Shown piece by piece: positions 37,858-48,166 of a stretch of 64,000 bases of DNA. The stretch is from Candidatus Omnitrophota bacterium (GTDB taxonomy: Bacteria; Omnitrophota; Gorgyraeia; JAHJTE01). Numbering within the stretch: position 1 is the first letter of the stretch; every line of letters begins with the position of its first letter. The position numbers and the translations under genes were made by a program. The notes beneath the pieces were generated by a model that was not told the DNA's origin, did no database searches, and saw only the letters and a list, made by a program, of their open reading frames with translations. The stretch spans positions 577,332 through 641,331 of the forward strand of contig JAHJTE010000001.1 of the NCBI GenBank assembly GCA_018830005.1. The letters run 5' to 3'.

Positions 37858-38576
37858 TGTTTATCAGGAGATTTATAAAAAGTACGCCTAGTTTTTATAT
37901 TATGGTGATGATACTCCTTGGCGTTATTTGCTTTATTGTGGCCAAATATGTTCACGGAGATCTTAAGTCAAACTTGATAGCTGAGGTCATAGGAGCAGCT
38001 ATCACGGTTATTATTATCGGTGGCTTATTAAGGATTTGGTATCCCCCACCCACCAAAACGATGTCTAAGTTTTTAATTCCTATGTTGCAGTATTACCTTT
38101 TTGGCTATGTGCGTAGTTTAGGATTTTTATTGCAATATCGCTTTGATAATACAGGGTTCAAAGGCATGAGTCCTATTGATCTTAGCACCTATGGTGTTTT
38201 CTTGGAGAGAAATCTGAACGGATTAAAACAGCATCTCGAACAGAGAAATAATACGAACTATACGCGAGCTGAATTACAACAGATGAAAAGAATGTTTCAG
38301 GCCTTTCATAATGCTATAAACGAATTTGTTATTCGTTACGGGAACCATTTGGACGACGATCTTCTCAATTTGCTCTACCAAATACGGCATATATGCGAGT
38401 ATCAGGTTTTCTATACAGGTGCCTTCTCATTAGAAAATGAATCGCCTGATGAAGTAGTTTGCATGGGGCAAGATATATCGAATGAGCCTATGAAGAATGT
38501 TTTAATATTGATTGAAAAGATAATGACTAAGATTAAAGACGGTACTGTACTCAAAACTGAACCGCTACCCATTTAG
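37857..38576 (+). CDS. Hypothetical protein with two N-terminal TM helices, inserted between hsdM and hsdS
   Basis: Start overlaps hsdM stop (TAATG); two hydrophobic helices then helical soluble domain. Confidence 0.7.
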   Translation: MFIRRFIKSTPSFYIMVMILLGVICFIVAKYVHGDLKSNLIAEVIGAAITVIIIGGLLRIWYPPPTKTMSKFLIPMLQYYLFGYVRSLGFLLQYRFDNTGFKGMSPIDLSTYGVFLERNLNGLKQHLEQRNNTNYTRAELQQMKRMFQAFHNAINEFVIRYGNHLDDDLLNLLYQIRHICEYQVFYTGAFSLENESPDEVVCMGQDISNEPMKNVLILIEKIMTKIKDGTVLKTEPLPI

Positions 38577-38580
38577 TGAA

Positions 38581-39828
38581 ATGAAAAAATATCCGTCATA
38601 TAAAGATTCGGGAATTGAGTGGATTGGACAAGTGCCAAAGGATTGGCAGGTTAATCGTTTGAAAACGGTTTGCACTTTTACCTATGGAGATTCTTTGACA
38701 AATGAGGATCGAGTTGAAGGCGGTATTCCGGTCTTTGGTTCAAATGGAATTGTCGGCTATCACAACAAAGCGATTACGCATAAGCCATGCATTGTCATTG
38801 GACGCAAAGGTTCATATGGTAAAGTTAATTTTTCACAAGCAGAGTGTTTCCCTATCGATACTACTTACTTTGTTGACGACCGTTCAGCAAAATGTGATTT
38901 GAAATGGCTTAATTATGTTTTGCCGCTTTTAGAGCTCGATAAGTTTTCTAAGGACACTGGGGTTCCGGGGCTTAATCGGGAAGATGCGCATGACAAAAGA
39001 GTGCCAGTGCCTGAAAATAATGTTCAAAAAGTTATTGCTGAATATCTCGACCGCAAGACCGCGCAGATTAATGACCTTATTGCTAAGAAAGAGCGGATGA
39101 TTGAGCTTCTCAAGGAGGAGCGCACAGCGATTATCAATCAGGCGGTTACCAAAGGGCTTGATCCTAACGTGGAGATGAAAGATTCTAACACCGAATGGCT
39201 AGGAGAGATTCCGAAGCATTGGGAGGTGAAAAAACTAAAATATCTTGTTGATAAAGTTCAAACAGGAATAACGCCACCTTCAGAACGTACTGACTATTAT
39301 GATGACGGTGACATTGATTGGTATACGCCAGGCGATTTTCAAGAGTCGATTCGGTTAAAAAATTCTTTTCGAAAAATCAATAGATTAGCTATCGAAGAAG
39401 GAGTTGCGAGAATATTCCCGCCGCTCTCTGTCTTATTAATCGGAATTGGAGCTACGTTGGGTAAAGTCGGTATCATTGAAAAGCTATCAAGTTCTAACCA
39501 GCAGATAAACGCTATAACATTTTCGGATAAATTCAATCCATTTTTTGGTGTTTACTATTTACAGGCAATAGCTGATACAGTCATAAGTCTTTCAAATGCT
39601 TCTACTCTCGCCATTCTGAATCAGACGCAGACGAAAGATATTCTTATGTTGGTGCCACCCTTAGAAGAACAAGGCAAGATTTTTAAATATATTCAATCGG
39701 TTGAGCTTAGACATTCCGAAATTGTTAATAAAGAACAAAAGCAGATAGATTTATTAAAAGAATATCGCACTGCTTTGATTTCCGAGGTAGTAACGGGTAA
39801 AGTAGATGTTCGGGAGTACGCCGCATGA
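38581..39828 (+). CDS. hsdS: Type I RM specificity subunit
   Basis: YKDSGIEWIGQVPKDW repeated as DSNTEWLGEIPKHW; two TRDs; ALISEVVTGK. Confidence 0.95.
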   Translation: MKKYPSYKDSGIEWIGQVPKDWQVNRLKTVCTFTYGDSLTNEDRVEGGIPVFGSNGIVGYHNKAITHKPCIVIGRKGSYGKVNFSQAECFPIDTTYFVDDRSAKCDLKWLNYVLPLLELDKFSKDTGVPGLNREDAHDKRVPVPENNVQKVIAEYLDRKTAQINDLIAKKERMIELLKEERTAIINQAVTKGLDPNVEMKDSNTEWLGEIPKHWEVKKLKYLVDKVQTGITPPSERTDYYDDGDIDWYTPGDFQESIRLKNSFRKINRLAIEEGVARIFPPLSVLLIGIGATLGKVGIIEKLSSSNQQINAITFSDKFNPFFGVYYLQAIADTVISLSNASTLAILNQTQTKDILMLVPPLEEQGKIFKYIQSVELRHSEIVNKEQKQIDLLKEYRTALISEVVTGKVDVREYAA

Positions 39829-42800
39829 GCTCAATTACAAACGAAAAAGCTTTTGAAGAAACCATTGAACGAAGCCTAATTGATCATGGAAGCTATGTTA
39901 AGGGCGACCCTGATAAATTCAATCGGGATCTTGCAATTGATCAAACAGTCTTGTTTCAGTTTATCAAGGATACTCAGAAGAATGTTTGGGATAGCTTGGC
40001 GGCTATTCATGGCGCTGAAGTAGAAAAGAAGTTTTTATATCGTCTTAATCAGGAATTAGATGCACGTGGAATGCTTGATTGTTTGCGTCATGGTATCATC
40101 GATTACGGTAAGAAGTTTGCCCTCGCCTATTTTAAACCTGTCAGCAAATTAAATCCCGAAACGCAAAAGCTTTATAATCAGAATATCCTCACTGTTACGC
40201 GTCAGGTTCATTACAGCACAAAAGACGAAAGCTCTATTGATATGCTTTTATCTGTAAATGGCCTTCCTGTGGCTACGATTGAGTTAAAAAACCCATTTAC
40301 TGGCCAGGATGTTGATGATGCCAAGCGGCAATACAAATATGACCGCGATGAGCGGGAACTATTGTTTCAGTTTAAGCAGCGCGCCCTTGTCCATTTTGCC
40401 GTGGATACAGATGTTATTTATATGACTACGCGTCTCCAAGGGAGCAAGACAAAATACCTACCTTTTAATAAGGGCTATAACAAAGGTGCCGGAAATCCGC
40501 CAAATCCTAATGGGCATAAGACGGCATATTTATGGGAAGAGGTTTTAGTCAAAGATAGCTGGATGGATATTTTAAGCAGGTTTTTGCATTTAGAAGTAGA
40601 AGAAAAGGCTTTTGAGGGCAGGAAATTCAAAATTGAAACCATGATCTTCCCCCGTTATCACCAGCTTGATAGCGTTCGACAGCTTTCTATGGATGTAATT
40701 ACACAGGGCGCCGGAAAGAATTATTTGATTCAGCATAGCGCAGGAAGCGGCAAGAGTAATTCAATCGCATGGCTTGCCTACCATTTGGCTGGCCTTCACG
40801 ACAAAACCGATAAACGTATATTTGATTCAGTGATTGTGATTACCGACCGTGTTGTTCTTGATAAGCAGTTACAAGATACGATTTATCAATTTGAACATAA
40901 ATCAGGAGTGGTTGAGAAGATTGATAAAGATTCCGCGCAATTAGCCCAGGCGCTTATCAGCGGAACGAACATTATTATTACTACGCTCCAAAAGTTTCCT
41001 TTTGTTTTGGACAAGGTTAGCGATCTTCCCAAGCGCAATTACGCCGTTATTGTTGATGAGGCGCATAGTTCGCAGGGCGGTGAATCCGCTAAGAAAATGA
41101 AAGATGTACTTTCTTCAGTTGATAGAGATGAGATTTCGCTTGATGGGACTGATGAAGAAGATGATATAGAAGATACCATTCGCGAATCTATGCTTAAACG
41201 GGGCCCCAGGCCGAATCTGAGCTTCTTTGGCTTTACGGCAACACCCAAGGCAAAAACACTGGAATTCTTTGGCCAAAAAGGCATAGATGGTAAACCTCAA
41301 CCGTTTCATCTTTATTCCATGCGCCAAGCCATTGAGGAGAGGTTTATCCATGATGTCCTTGAGAATTACACTACCTATCAAACGTTTTTTCAACTATCCA
41401 AGAAGATTGAAGAAGATCCGAACGTAAACAAGAAAAAGGCTGCCCGTGCGATTGCGCGCTTTTTGACACTCCACCCCTATAACCTGGCTCAGAAAACCGA
41501 GGTTATGATTGAGCACTTCCGGCAGGTTACTATGAAAAAGATTGGCGGTAAGGCCAAGGCGATGGTGGTTACAGCTTCGCGCGAGCATGTGGTGCGATAT
41601 AAGCATGAATTTGATAGATACCTGAAAGAGAAAGGATATAGAGATATTAAGGTTCTTGTCGCTTTCTCAGGGGTAGTTCTTTTGGATGGCATACCGCCAG
41701 AATATTCAGAAGAAAGCATGAATAAATATGTCGATAAAGATGGTAAAGAACGGCACATAAAAGAAAAAGAATTGCCGGAGAAATTCTCAACATCAGAATA
41801 CCAGATATTGCTTGTTGCGGAGAAATATCAAACCGGGTACGATGAGCCGCTTTTGCACACTATGTATGTGGACAAGCGCCTTGATGGCGTTAAGGCTGTG
41901 CAGACCATGAGTCGTTTAAATCGAATCTGTCCGGGCAAAGAAGATACTTTCATCTTGGATTTTGTTAATAAGCGAGAGGATATTTTAGCGGCTTTTCAGC
42001 CATATTATGAGCAGACACAATTAAGCGATGTAACCGATCCGAACAAGCTTTATGATCTTAAGGCCAAGCTGGATTCGTTTAAGGTGATATACCAGTCAGA
42101 TGTTGACGCTTTTTGCGCCGTATTCTTCAAAAATAAAGAATTACAGACAAAACGCGAGCATGCTCAATTAAATTCAATAGTAGATGTGGCGGTTGAGCGG
42201 TTTAAGGCAATAGAGAAAGACGAGCATAAAGAGGATTTTATCAATACACTGGGTGTTTTTGTCCGCCTGTATGCGTTTTTGGCGCAGATTATGCCGTTCC
42301 AAGATATTGAGCTTGAGAAATTCTACGCTTATTCTCGTCTTTTACTGAAGAAACTTCCGGGGTCTGACCGGGGTGAAAGATATCACCTCGGTGATGAGGT
42401 CGCGCTTGAGTATTACCGTTTGCAGAAAATAGCTGATGGCAAGATTCAATTGCAAAAGGGTTCAGGTGCGGCTATTGAGCCGATTTCAGAAGCTGGAACG
42501 AGAAAGGATAAAGAAGAATATGCTCACCTATCTGAAATAATCAAACTTCTCAATGAACGGTTTGGAACTGATTTTACCGAAGCCGATAAGCTATTCTTTG
42601 ATCAGATTGAAGAAGAGATGGTTATGGATGAAAAACTTGGCGTCCAAGCCAAGACCAACACGATAGATAATTTCAAATACGGCTTTGAGGATGTGTTTAT
42701 TGCAAAGCTTGTTGACCGGATGGATCAGAATCAGGATATCTTCAATAAGATTATGGATGACAAGGCTTTTGCGGTAGTTGTGAAGGATTATTTATTGAAG

Positions 42801-43340
42801 AAGGTCTATAAGCGATTAAATATTGAAGAAGATGTTGTAAGAGAAGCCGAATCGTTTTTGAGTGATTTGGTTCCCGATGATGAGATAACGCAAGATCAGA
42901 AAAAGTCGCATGTTCGAGTCTGCACTCTTCAAGCCGTAGCAACTTCATTTACTGAACAGCGAACGCCCGAAGTAATTGGCTGGAAACGCTTGGATGGCGT
43001 CTTTAAACTCAATAAAGATATGTTTATCGCTAAAGTCGTTGGCAAGTCGATGGAGCCGACTATTAAAGACGGCAGTTGGTGTTTATTCCGCCCGGATCAG
43101 GGCGGAAGTCGTAACGGTAAGATTGTATTAGTGGAATCGCGGCATATTACTGATCCCGAGACGATGAAAAGTTATACGATTAAGCGTTATTTTAGCGAAA
43201 AAGCGGTAACTGAAGATACGTTTCAACATGTAAAAATCATCTTACGCCCAGATAATAAAGATTTTCAAGATATCGTTTTGGAGAATGTTCAAGAGGGCGA
43301 CTTCCACGTTGTAGCGGAGTTTGTGAAGGTGATTAGTTAA
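39825..43340 (+). CDS. hsdR: Type I restriction subunit R with C-terminal S24 peptidase-like domain
   Basis: IELKN nuclease, HSAGSGKS, DEAH, FTATPK, TGYDEP; C-terminal VVGKSMEP...YTIKRY. Confidence 0.9.
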   Translation: MSSITNEKAFEETIERSLIDHGSYVKGDPDKFNRDLAIDQTVLFQFIKDTQKNVWDSLAAIHGAEVEKKFLYRLNQELDARGMLDCLRHGIIDYGKKFALAYFKPVSKLNPETQKLYNQNILTVTRQVHYSTKDESSIDMLLSVNGLPVATIELKNPFTGQDVDDAKRQYKYDRDERELLFQFKQRALVHFAVDTDVIYMTTRLQGSKTKYLPFNKGYNKGAGNPPNPNGHKTAYLWEEVLVKDSWMDILSRFLHLEVEEKAFEGRKFKIETMIFPRYHQLDSVRQLSMDVITQGAGKNYLIQHSAGSGKSNSIAWLAYHLAGLHDKTDKRIFDSVIVITDRVVLDKQLQDTIYQFEHKSGVVEKIDKDSAQLAQALISGTNIIITTLQKFPFVLDKVSDLPKRNYAVIVDEAHSSQGGESAKKMKDVLSSVDRDEISLDGTDEEDDIEDTIRESMLKRGPRPNLSFFGFTATPKAKTLEFFGQKGIDGKPQPFHLYSMRQAIEERFIHDVLENYTTYQTFFQLSKKIEEDPNVNKKKAARAIARFLTLHPYNLAQKTEVMIEHFRQVTMKKIGGKAKAMVVTASREHVVRYKHEFDRYLKEKGYRDIKVLVAFSGVVLLDGIPPEYSEESMNKYVDKDGKERHIKEKELPEKFSTSEYQILLVAEKYQTGYDEPLLHTMYVDKRLDGVKAVQTMSRLNRICPGKEDTFILDFVNKREDILAAFQPYYEQTQLSDVTDPNKLYDLKAKLDSFKVIYQSDVDAFCAVFFKNKELQTKREHAQLNSIVDVAVERFKAIEKDEHKEDFINTLGVFVRLYAFLAQIMPFQDIELEKFYAYSRLLLKKLPGSDRGERYHLGDEVALEYYRLQKIADGKIQLQKGSGAAIEPISEAGTRKDKEEYAHLSEIIKLLNERFGTDFTEADKLFFDQIEEEMVMDEKLGVQAKTNTIDNFKYGFEDVFIAKLVDRMDQNQDIFNKIMDDKAFAVVVKDYLLKKVYKRLNIEEDVVREAESFLSDLVPDDEITQDQKKSHVRVCTLQAVATSFTEQRTPEVIGWKRLDGVFKLNKDMFIAKVVGKSMEPTIKDGSWCLFRPDQGGSRNGKIVLVESRHITDPETMKSYTIKRYFSEKAVTEDTFQHVKIILRPDNKDFQDIVLENVQEGDFHVVAEFVKVIS

Positions 43341-43450
43341 AGAAATTCGTTTAAAGAAAAATCGAGGGATATAATACTTATTTATTTTACAATTAAGTAT
43401 TGCGTCTACGTAATTTTCCTTGAGAAGTCAATTTGTTAGGAGGCTAAAAA

Positions 43451-44713
43451 ATGAATAGTGCAATTGAAACTTTTTATTCAGATTTAAGGCGCTTGAAAGA
43501 AGGAAAGTTGGCCATATTTTTCGGTGCGGGATCGAGTTATGATTATGGAATTCCCACTATGGAAGAAATGGCGAAGATGCTAATTGAAGAATTAAAAAAT
43601 GGTACAAGTAAAATTTTTGATAAAGATACATGCACAGTTTTAAATTCAATTATTGGTTTATCAACTAAAGATAGCGAGGGCGAGAGTAAAAAGCAAAAAA
43701 ATAGTTCACAATGGAATATTGAAGATTTATTGACACGATTACATCGTATTCAAGAAGCTATAGGCGATGAAGGGTCTCCTTTCCCAAAGGTTAATGCTAC
43801 TATTGGTTCATCTGATTTTTCGAAAGATGAGATTAAACATGCTGAGTCAAAATTAGTTGAGTTTATGGTCAAATGCTATCAGCTAGACATCGTTGACAAA
43901 ACCTCACATGGTGTCAAATCGATAGAATATCTGTCTAACTTTTTTGAGTGCTTGGGGGGTTTTTATAATTCAATTTCTGTTTTTACAACTAATAACGATC
44001 TGTGTATTGAGACAGCTCTGCTTCAGCTTTCACAGAGACCTAAAAATACTCAAAAGAAAACTTTTTACTTAATAGATGGATTTTCTCATGGTGCGCTACC
44101 AATATTTTCGATGACTAATTTTTCAATTGTACCTCCCACTCAATCTAATCGTGTAGTTGTATATTTATGGAAATTGCACGGTTCAATAGATTGGACATAT
44201 ACTTGCCCATTAACAGATAATGAGGACGAGAAAACAGAAAATACTAAGTTTCACGACGATTCTATTATTTGTAGATATATCGACCCTGATATGTGGAGAA
44301 AATTTCAAAAAGCCGGAGCTATTTCCAAAGCATCTTCGTTAGATCAATCAAAAATAATGATTTTCCCGACACCATCTAAATATTCTCAGACTTATAACAA
44401 CCCATATATGGATCTATATCAAGCTTTTCGCCGAACACTAGAGACTTGCGAACTTCTACTAGCAGTTGGCACTAGCTTTCCAGATAGTCATATAAATTCA
44501 GCAGTGAAATCGTTTATTAATCGTGATAATACCCAACTTTACGTAGTTGATCCTGAAGTAACATGTGAATCTATTCATAAGCTATTTGGTAAATGTAATT
44601 CCATACAGCCGATCATCAAGTCAGGATTTAAAGATTTTATTCAAGAGGTCCGCAATATCGAATTAATGCGAGAAAAAGAAAGCCCAAAAGAAGGAAGGGA
44701 TAATAATGAGTAA
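43451..44713 (+). CDS. SIR2-family NADase (Sir2-HerA defence)
   Basis: FFGAGSS, GIP, TTNND, KLHGS, VGTSFPDSHIN. Confidence 0.9.
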   Translation: MNSAIETFYSDLRRLKEGKLAIFFGAGSSYDYGIPTMEEMAKMLIEELKNGTSKIFDKDTCTVLNSIIGLSTKDSEGESKKQKNSSQWNIEDLLTRLHRIQEAIGDEGSPFPKVNATIGSSDFSKDEIKHAESKLVEFMVKCYQLDIVDKTSHGVKSIEYLSNFFECLGGFYNSISVFTTNNDLCIETALLQLSQRPKNTQKKTFYLIDGFSHGALPIFSMTNFSIVPPTQSNRVVVYLWKLHGSIDWTYTCPLTDNEDEKTENTKFHDDSIICRYIDPDMWRKFQKAGAISKASSLDQSKIMIFPTPSKYSQTYNNPYMDLYQAFRRTLETCELLLAVGTSFPDSHINSAVKSFINRDNTQLYVVDPEVTCESIHKLFGKCNSIQPIIKSGFKDFIQEVRNIELMREKESPKEGRDNNE

Positions 44714-46559
44714 ACGTATAGGTGAAATATTAGCTGTAAGCGGTGTAAATGTCACAATAGAAGCAGACCCAAGCTTAAGCGATTTGCATGTTCGGCACGC
44801 TGGAAAAACATATTCTGTTGGGCAACCTGGTTCATATCTTCTTGTTGATCGTGGGCATGATAAACATCTTATTTTAGTAACAACTGTTCGTAAGATGCGT
44901 TGGTCTTCTGCGTCGCAGAATTCTGAAATTTCTTCTTCTGATAATATGCGAGAAGGTCTTCCCAAAGGTAATTTCCCATATTTACCCAAAGCGCCTGAAT
45001 TGATTGATCGGACGCTTATCGATGGACTTCTCGTAGGTTCAATTATCGGGAGGCGATTTGAGATAGGTGTTACACACCTGCCGATAGTGGGGGATAGTGT
45101 TACCCTTGCTCTTCAGGAACATCTTTCAATAGCACTAGCCCCTGATAAAGATCGACACACAGTTTCAATTGGGACCTTTGTTGATTCGAATATCTCTGTC
45201 CATCTAGACTTAGACGATCTTTGTGGTAAACATTCAGCAATTGTAGGCACGACTGGTTGCGGAAAATCTTACACCGTCGCACGCTTATTGCAAGAGCTAG
45301 TATGTAAATATCCCAGTGCAAATATTATTGTGTTTGATCTGCATGGTGAATATCGTAAATGTTTTGAGCATTCAAATTATATACGGGCAGATAAACTTAC
45401 ACTTCCCGCATGGTTGCACTCGTTCGAAAACTTATTTGATCTGTGTGCCGATTTAAGTAATCAGTTTAACATTCATAATCAACGATGGGCTTTTCGAGAC
45501 GGCATATTTCAGCTTAAACAAAGATATTGCAAGGATATTTTAAAGGACGAATCCCTATCAAAGAATATCGATTTAGATTCGCCTATCCCTTTTGATTTTG
45601 AGCATTTAGTTAATTATTTAAAAAACTTGAATAATGAAACCAGAAAATCTGACGATGATAAGCCAGCTTATGCAACTGCTGGCGATCATGATTTATTTAA
45701 GGAACTCATTGAATATTTGCCAAAAAAACGAGGGAGTATAGCCGCTGGCCCTCTAAATGGAGAGTTAGATCGGCAAGTATTAAGAGTCGAGGCGAGATTT
45801 AAGGATCCTAGATATGCTTTTATGTTTCAATATGAAAAACCTAAAGAAGGGGATCTTGAAAGACTAGTGCGACAAGTATCAGGTCTTATACTCGATTCTC
45901 CCTTACCTATCACGGTTTATGACCTTAGTTATCTTCCTTCGGAAACAGTTGGAACAGTTGTAGCTACGATATCGCGTATTATTTTTCAAGTCTATTTTCT
46001 AGCCAAGCGTCGTGAGTTTGTCCCAACGCTTATTGTTTTCGAAGAAGCACATAATTACATATCTCATAGATCTCGCAGTGCTTATGGTGATGCTCGTGAG
46101 GCTGCTGAAAGAATTGCAAAAGAGGGCCGTAAATTTGGAATAGGCATGCTGGCAGTAAGCCAGCGTCCTAGTGAACTTAGTGAGACTTTATTGAGTCAAT
46201 GCAATACATTCTTATGCATGCGGCTTGCTAATTCTGTTGATAAAAATCACATTTTGTCCTTATTGCCTGACTCAATGAGTAATTTAGTAGATATTTTACC
46301 TATTTTGCCACGAGGGCATATTTTAGCAGTTGGGCAAGCTACAAAAATGCCGGTACGGACAATTGTTACTAAAATAGAAAATAAAAATAATGAGCCCGAT
46401 AGTGATGATCCGCCATTTGGAAAAAAATGGAGTGGGGATATTACGAAAAGAAGTATTCCTGATATAGAAAAAATATGCGATATGTGGATAAGGTCAGAAA
46501 AACAAGACACGGATGATATTGCTTCAAAGACAAAAAATTTATCGAGCGAGAAAAAATAA
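44706..46559 (+). CDS. HerA-like ATPase (Sir2-HerA defence)
   Basis: KHSAIVGTTGCGKS, FDLHGEY, FEEAH, IAKEGRKFG, SQRPSE. Confidence 0.9.
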   Translation: MSKRIGEILAVSGVNVTIEADPSLSDLHVRHAGKTYSVGQPGSYLLVDRGHDKHLILVTTVRKMRWSSASQNSEISSSDNMREGLPKGNFPYLPKAPELIDRTLIDGLLVGSIIGRRFEIGVTHLPIVGDSVTLALQEHLSIALAPDKDRHTVSIGTFVDSNISVHLDLDDLCGKHSAIVGTTGCGKSYTVARLLQELVCKYPSANIIVFDLHGEYRKCFEHSNYIRADKLTLPAWLHSFENLFDLCADLSNQFNIHNQRWAFRDGIFQLKQRYCKDILKDESLSKNIDLDSPIPFDFEHLVNYLKNLNNETRKSDDDKPAYATAGDHDLFKELIEYLPKKRGSIAAGPLNGELDRQVLRVEARFKDPRYAFMFQYEKPKEGDLERLVRQVSGLILDSPLPITVYDLSYLPSETVGTVVATISRIIFQVYFLAKRREFVPTLIVFEEAHNYISHRSRSAYGDAREAAERIAKEGRKFGIGMLAVSQRPSELSETLLSQCNTFLCMRLANSVDKNHILSLLPDSMSNLVDILPILPRGHILAVGQATKMPVRTIVTKIENKNNEPDSDDPPFGKKWSGDITKRSIPDIEKICDMWIRSEKQDTDDIASKTKNLSSEKK

Positions 46560-46641
46560 TATAACTATGCGATGATTTTAAAGGAAACTACCAGTAGACC
46601 AAGGTTTTTGTGAGCAGACCGAAAACTGTAATAAATGCACA

Positions 46642-47547
46642 ATGAAAGATAAAATTTTAGAAAACGCAATTGATTTTAACCAGAAAGGAATGAAATATTA
46701 CGTAGGAGAAGATATGAAACATTCTCTGCTAAATGTAGCTGTTGCAGCGGAATTATTAGGGAAAGCTTTTTTGGTAGGTATAAATTCTTGTTTGATCATT
46801 GATAGAGATTTTGATTCTTTTTTACATATATGTGGAGAAGGTAAGCATGCAAAGAAAAGTCCTGCAAGTATTCGAACGATTGGAGCTAAAGAAGTATTTA
46901 GTCGTTGTGCCCAGATTGTTCCCAAGCTAAAAGACTACGACGTAGAAATGAGTTTGTTGGCTGATTTTAGAAGCGGTGTTCTTCATTTGGCAGAACACGA
47001 GAAAGAGTTTACAAAGAAAGTTTTCCTCCCTTATTTAAAGTTTGTAAAGATATTGTTAGAAGCCATGAAATTATCTTTAAGCGACTATTTTGGTGAATTC
47101 GCGCAACTTGTTGAAACTAGTATCAAGGAGGCTACGAAAGAAGTTGACATTAAAGTCGAACGGCTTATTGCTAAGGCGAAGATCAGCTTTAAAGAGAGAT
47201 TTGAGGATGTGGAAGCGCCAGTGAAAAGAAATATAATCAAAAGTATAATCGACAATTATGTTCTATCGCAGTATGAAGAAGAATTAACCGAATGTCCCGC
47301 TTGTGAAAACGATGCAGTTGTGACGGGATCTCATGAGGTCACGGATTGGGATGTTGATTTTGATCGTTACGGGAATCCAGAAGGGGCATATCCAATCGTC
47401 AAATTATATGCGACCTCTTTTAGATGTAATGTTTGTGGTTTAAAACTCAATACTTCCGAAGAATTAGAGTCTGCGGGCATTGATACTATTGTGCGTTTAG
47501 AAAATGTCAACCCAGCAGATTTTTACGATCCCGACAACACTTTCTAA
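46642..47547 (+). CDS. Hypothetical protein, possible HEPN-like N-terminus plus C-terminal zinc ribbon
   Basis: AELLGK, RSGVLH (Rx4H), CPAC...CNVC. Confidence 0.6.
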   Translation: MKDKILENAIDFNQKGMKYYVGEDMKHSLLNVAVAAELLGKAFLVGINSCLIIDRDFDSFLHICGEGKHAKKSPASIRTIGAKEVFSRCAQIVPKLKDYDVEMSLLADFRSGVLHLAEHEKEFTKKVFLPYLKFVKILLEAMKLSLSDYFGEFAQLVETSIKEATKEVDIKVERLIAKAKISFKERFEDVEAPVKRNIIKSIIDNYVLSQYEEELTECPACENDAVVTGSHEVTDWDVDFDRYGNPEGAYPIVKLYATSFRCNVCGLKLNTSEELESAGIDTIVRLENVNPADFYDPDNTF

Positions 47548-47602
47548 ATGATTTTCATAGGTAAAATTGTAGAAAAAAATAAAATTTTTCGAATGTCTTC
47601 TG

Positions 47603-48163
47603 ATGAAGGCGTATCGAGAGAATAATTTGCAAAATATGGAGGAAGCTATGAATACAAATTTTGATCAACCCTTCGATTTTAAGGTATCCGATTCATCTGA
47701 AAATTTTGATACTTGGATTAATCGTGAATACATACCTGCTGAATCGAGAACATTGTTACGTAACGCCAACATTCTTTTTGTCCCTCATGAGAATTTTCAC
47801 GAACAGAAAGTTCCTGTGTTTCCTCACAAAACTGAGGAAGTCTTTCATTTTCTTCGAAGGCATGCCCCTAAAGGGATTAATGTCGACATCTGTATTGCAG
47901 ATGATGATTATAAGGAAGTTGTCCTCCATTCTGCTTTAATTATTTTTGGAAGTATAGTTGTATCGGCGATAGCACTTCCTGTTCTTAAGGATTTACTGTC
48001 GGAATATTTGAAACAGAAATTATTTAACAAGTCTAACAGCAATATTAAAGTTTCATTGACCGTTGTTAATACTTCTGGTAAAGGGAAGCAGTTTGATTAT
48101 GAAGGGCCTATTGAAAATTTCGATAAAGTGGTTGCCAAAATCCAACGGGCTGGAGAGAAATAA
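47603..48163 (+). CDS. Hypothetical protein with one central hydrophobic segment
   Basis: Clean ORF 3 nt before the next gene; start may be later (GGAGG at 47638). Confidence 0.6.
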   Translation: MKAYRENNLQNMEEAMNTNFDQPFDFKVSDSSENFDTWINREYIPAESRTLLRNANILFVPHENFHEQKVPVFPHKTEEVFHFLRRHAPKGINVDICIADDDYKEVVLHSALIIFGSIVVSAIALPVLKDLLSEYLKQKLFNKSNSNIKVSLTVVNTSGKGKQFDYEGPIENFDKVVAKIQRAGEK

Positions 48164-48166
48164 TCT

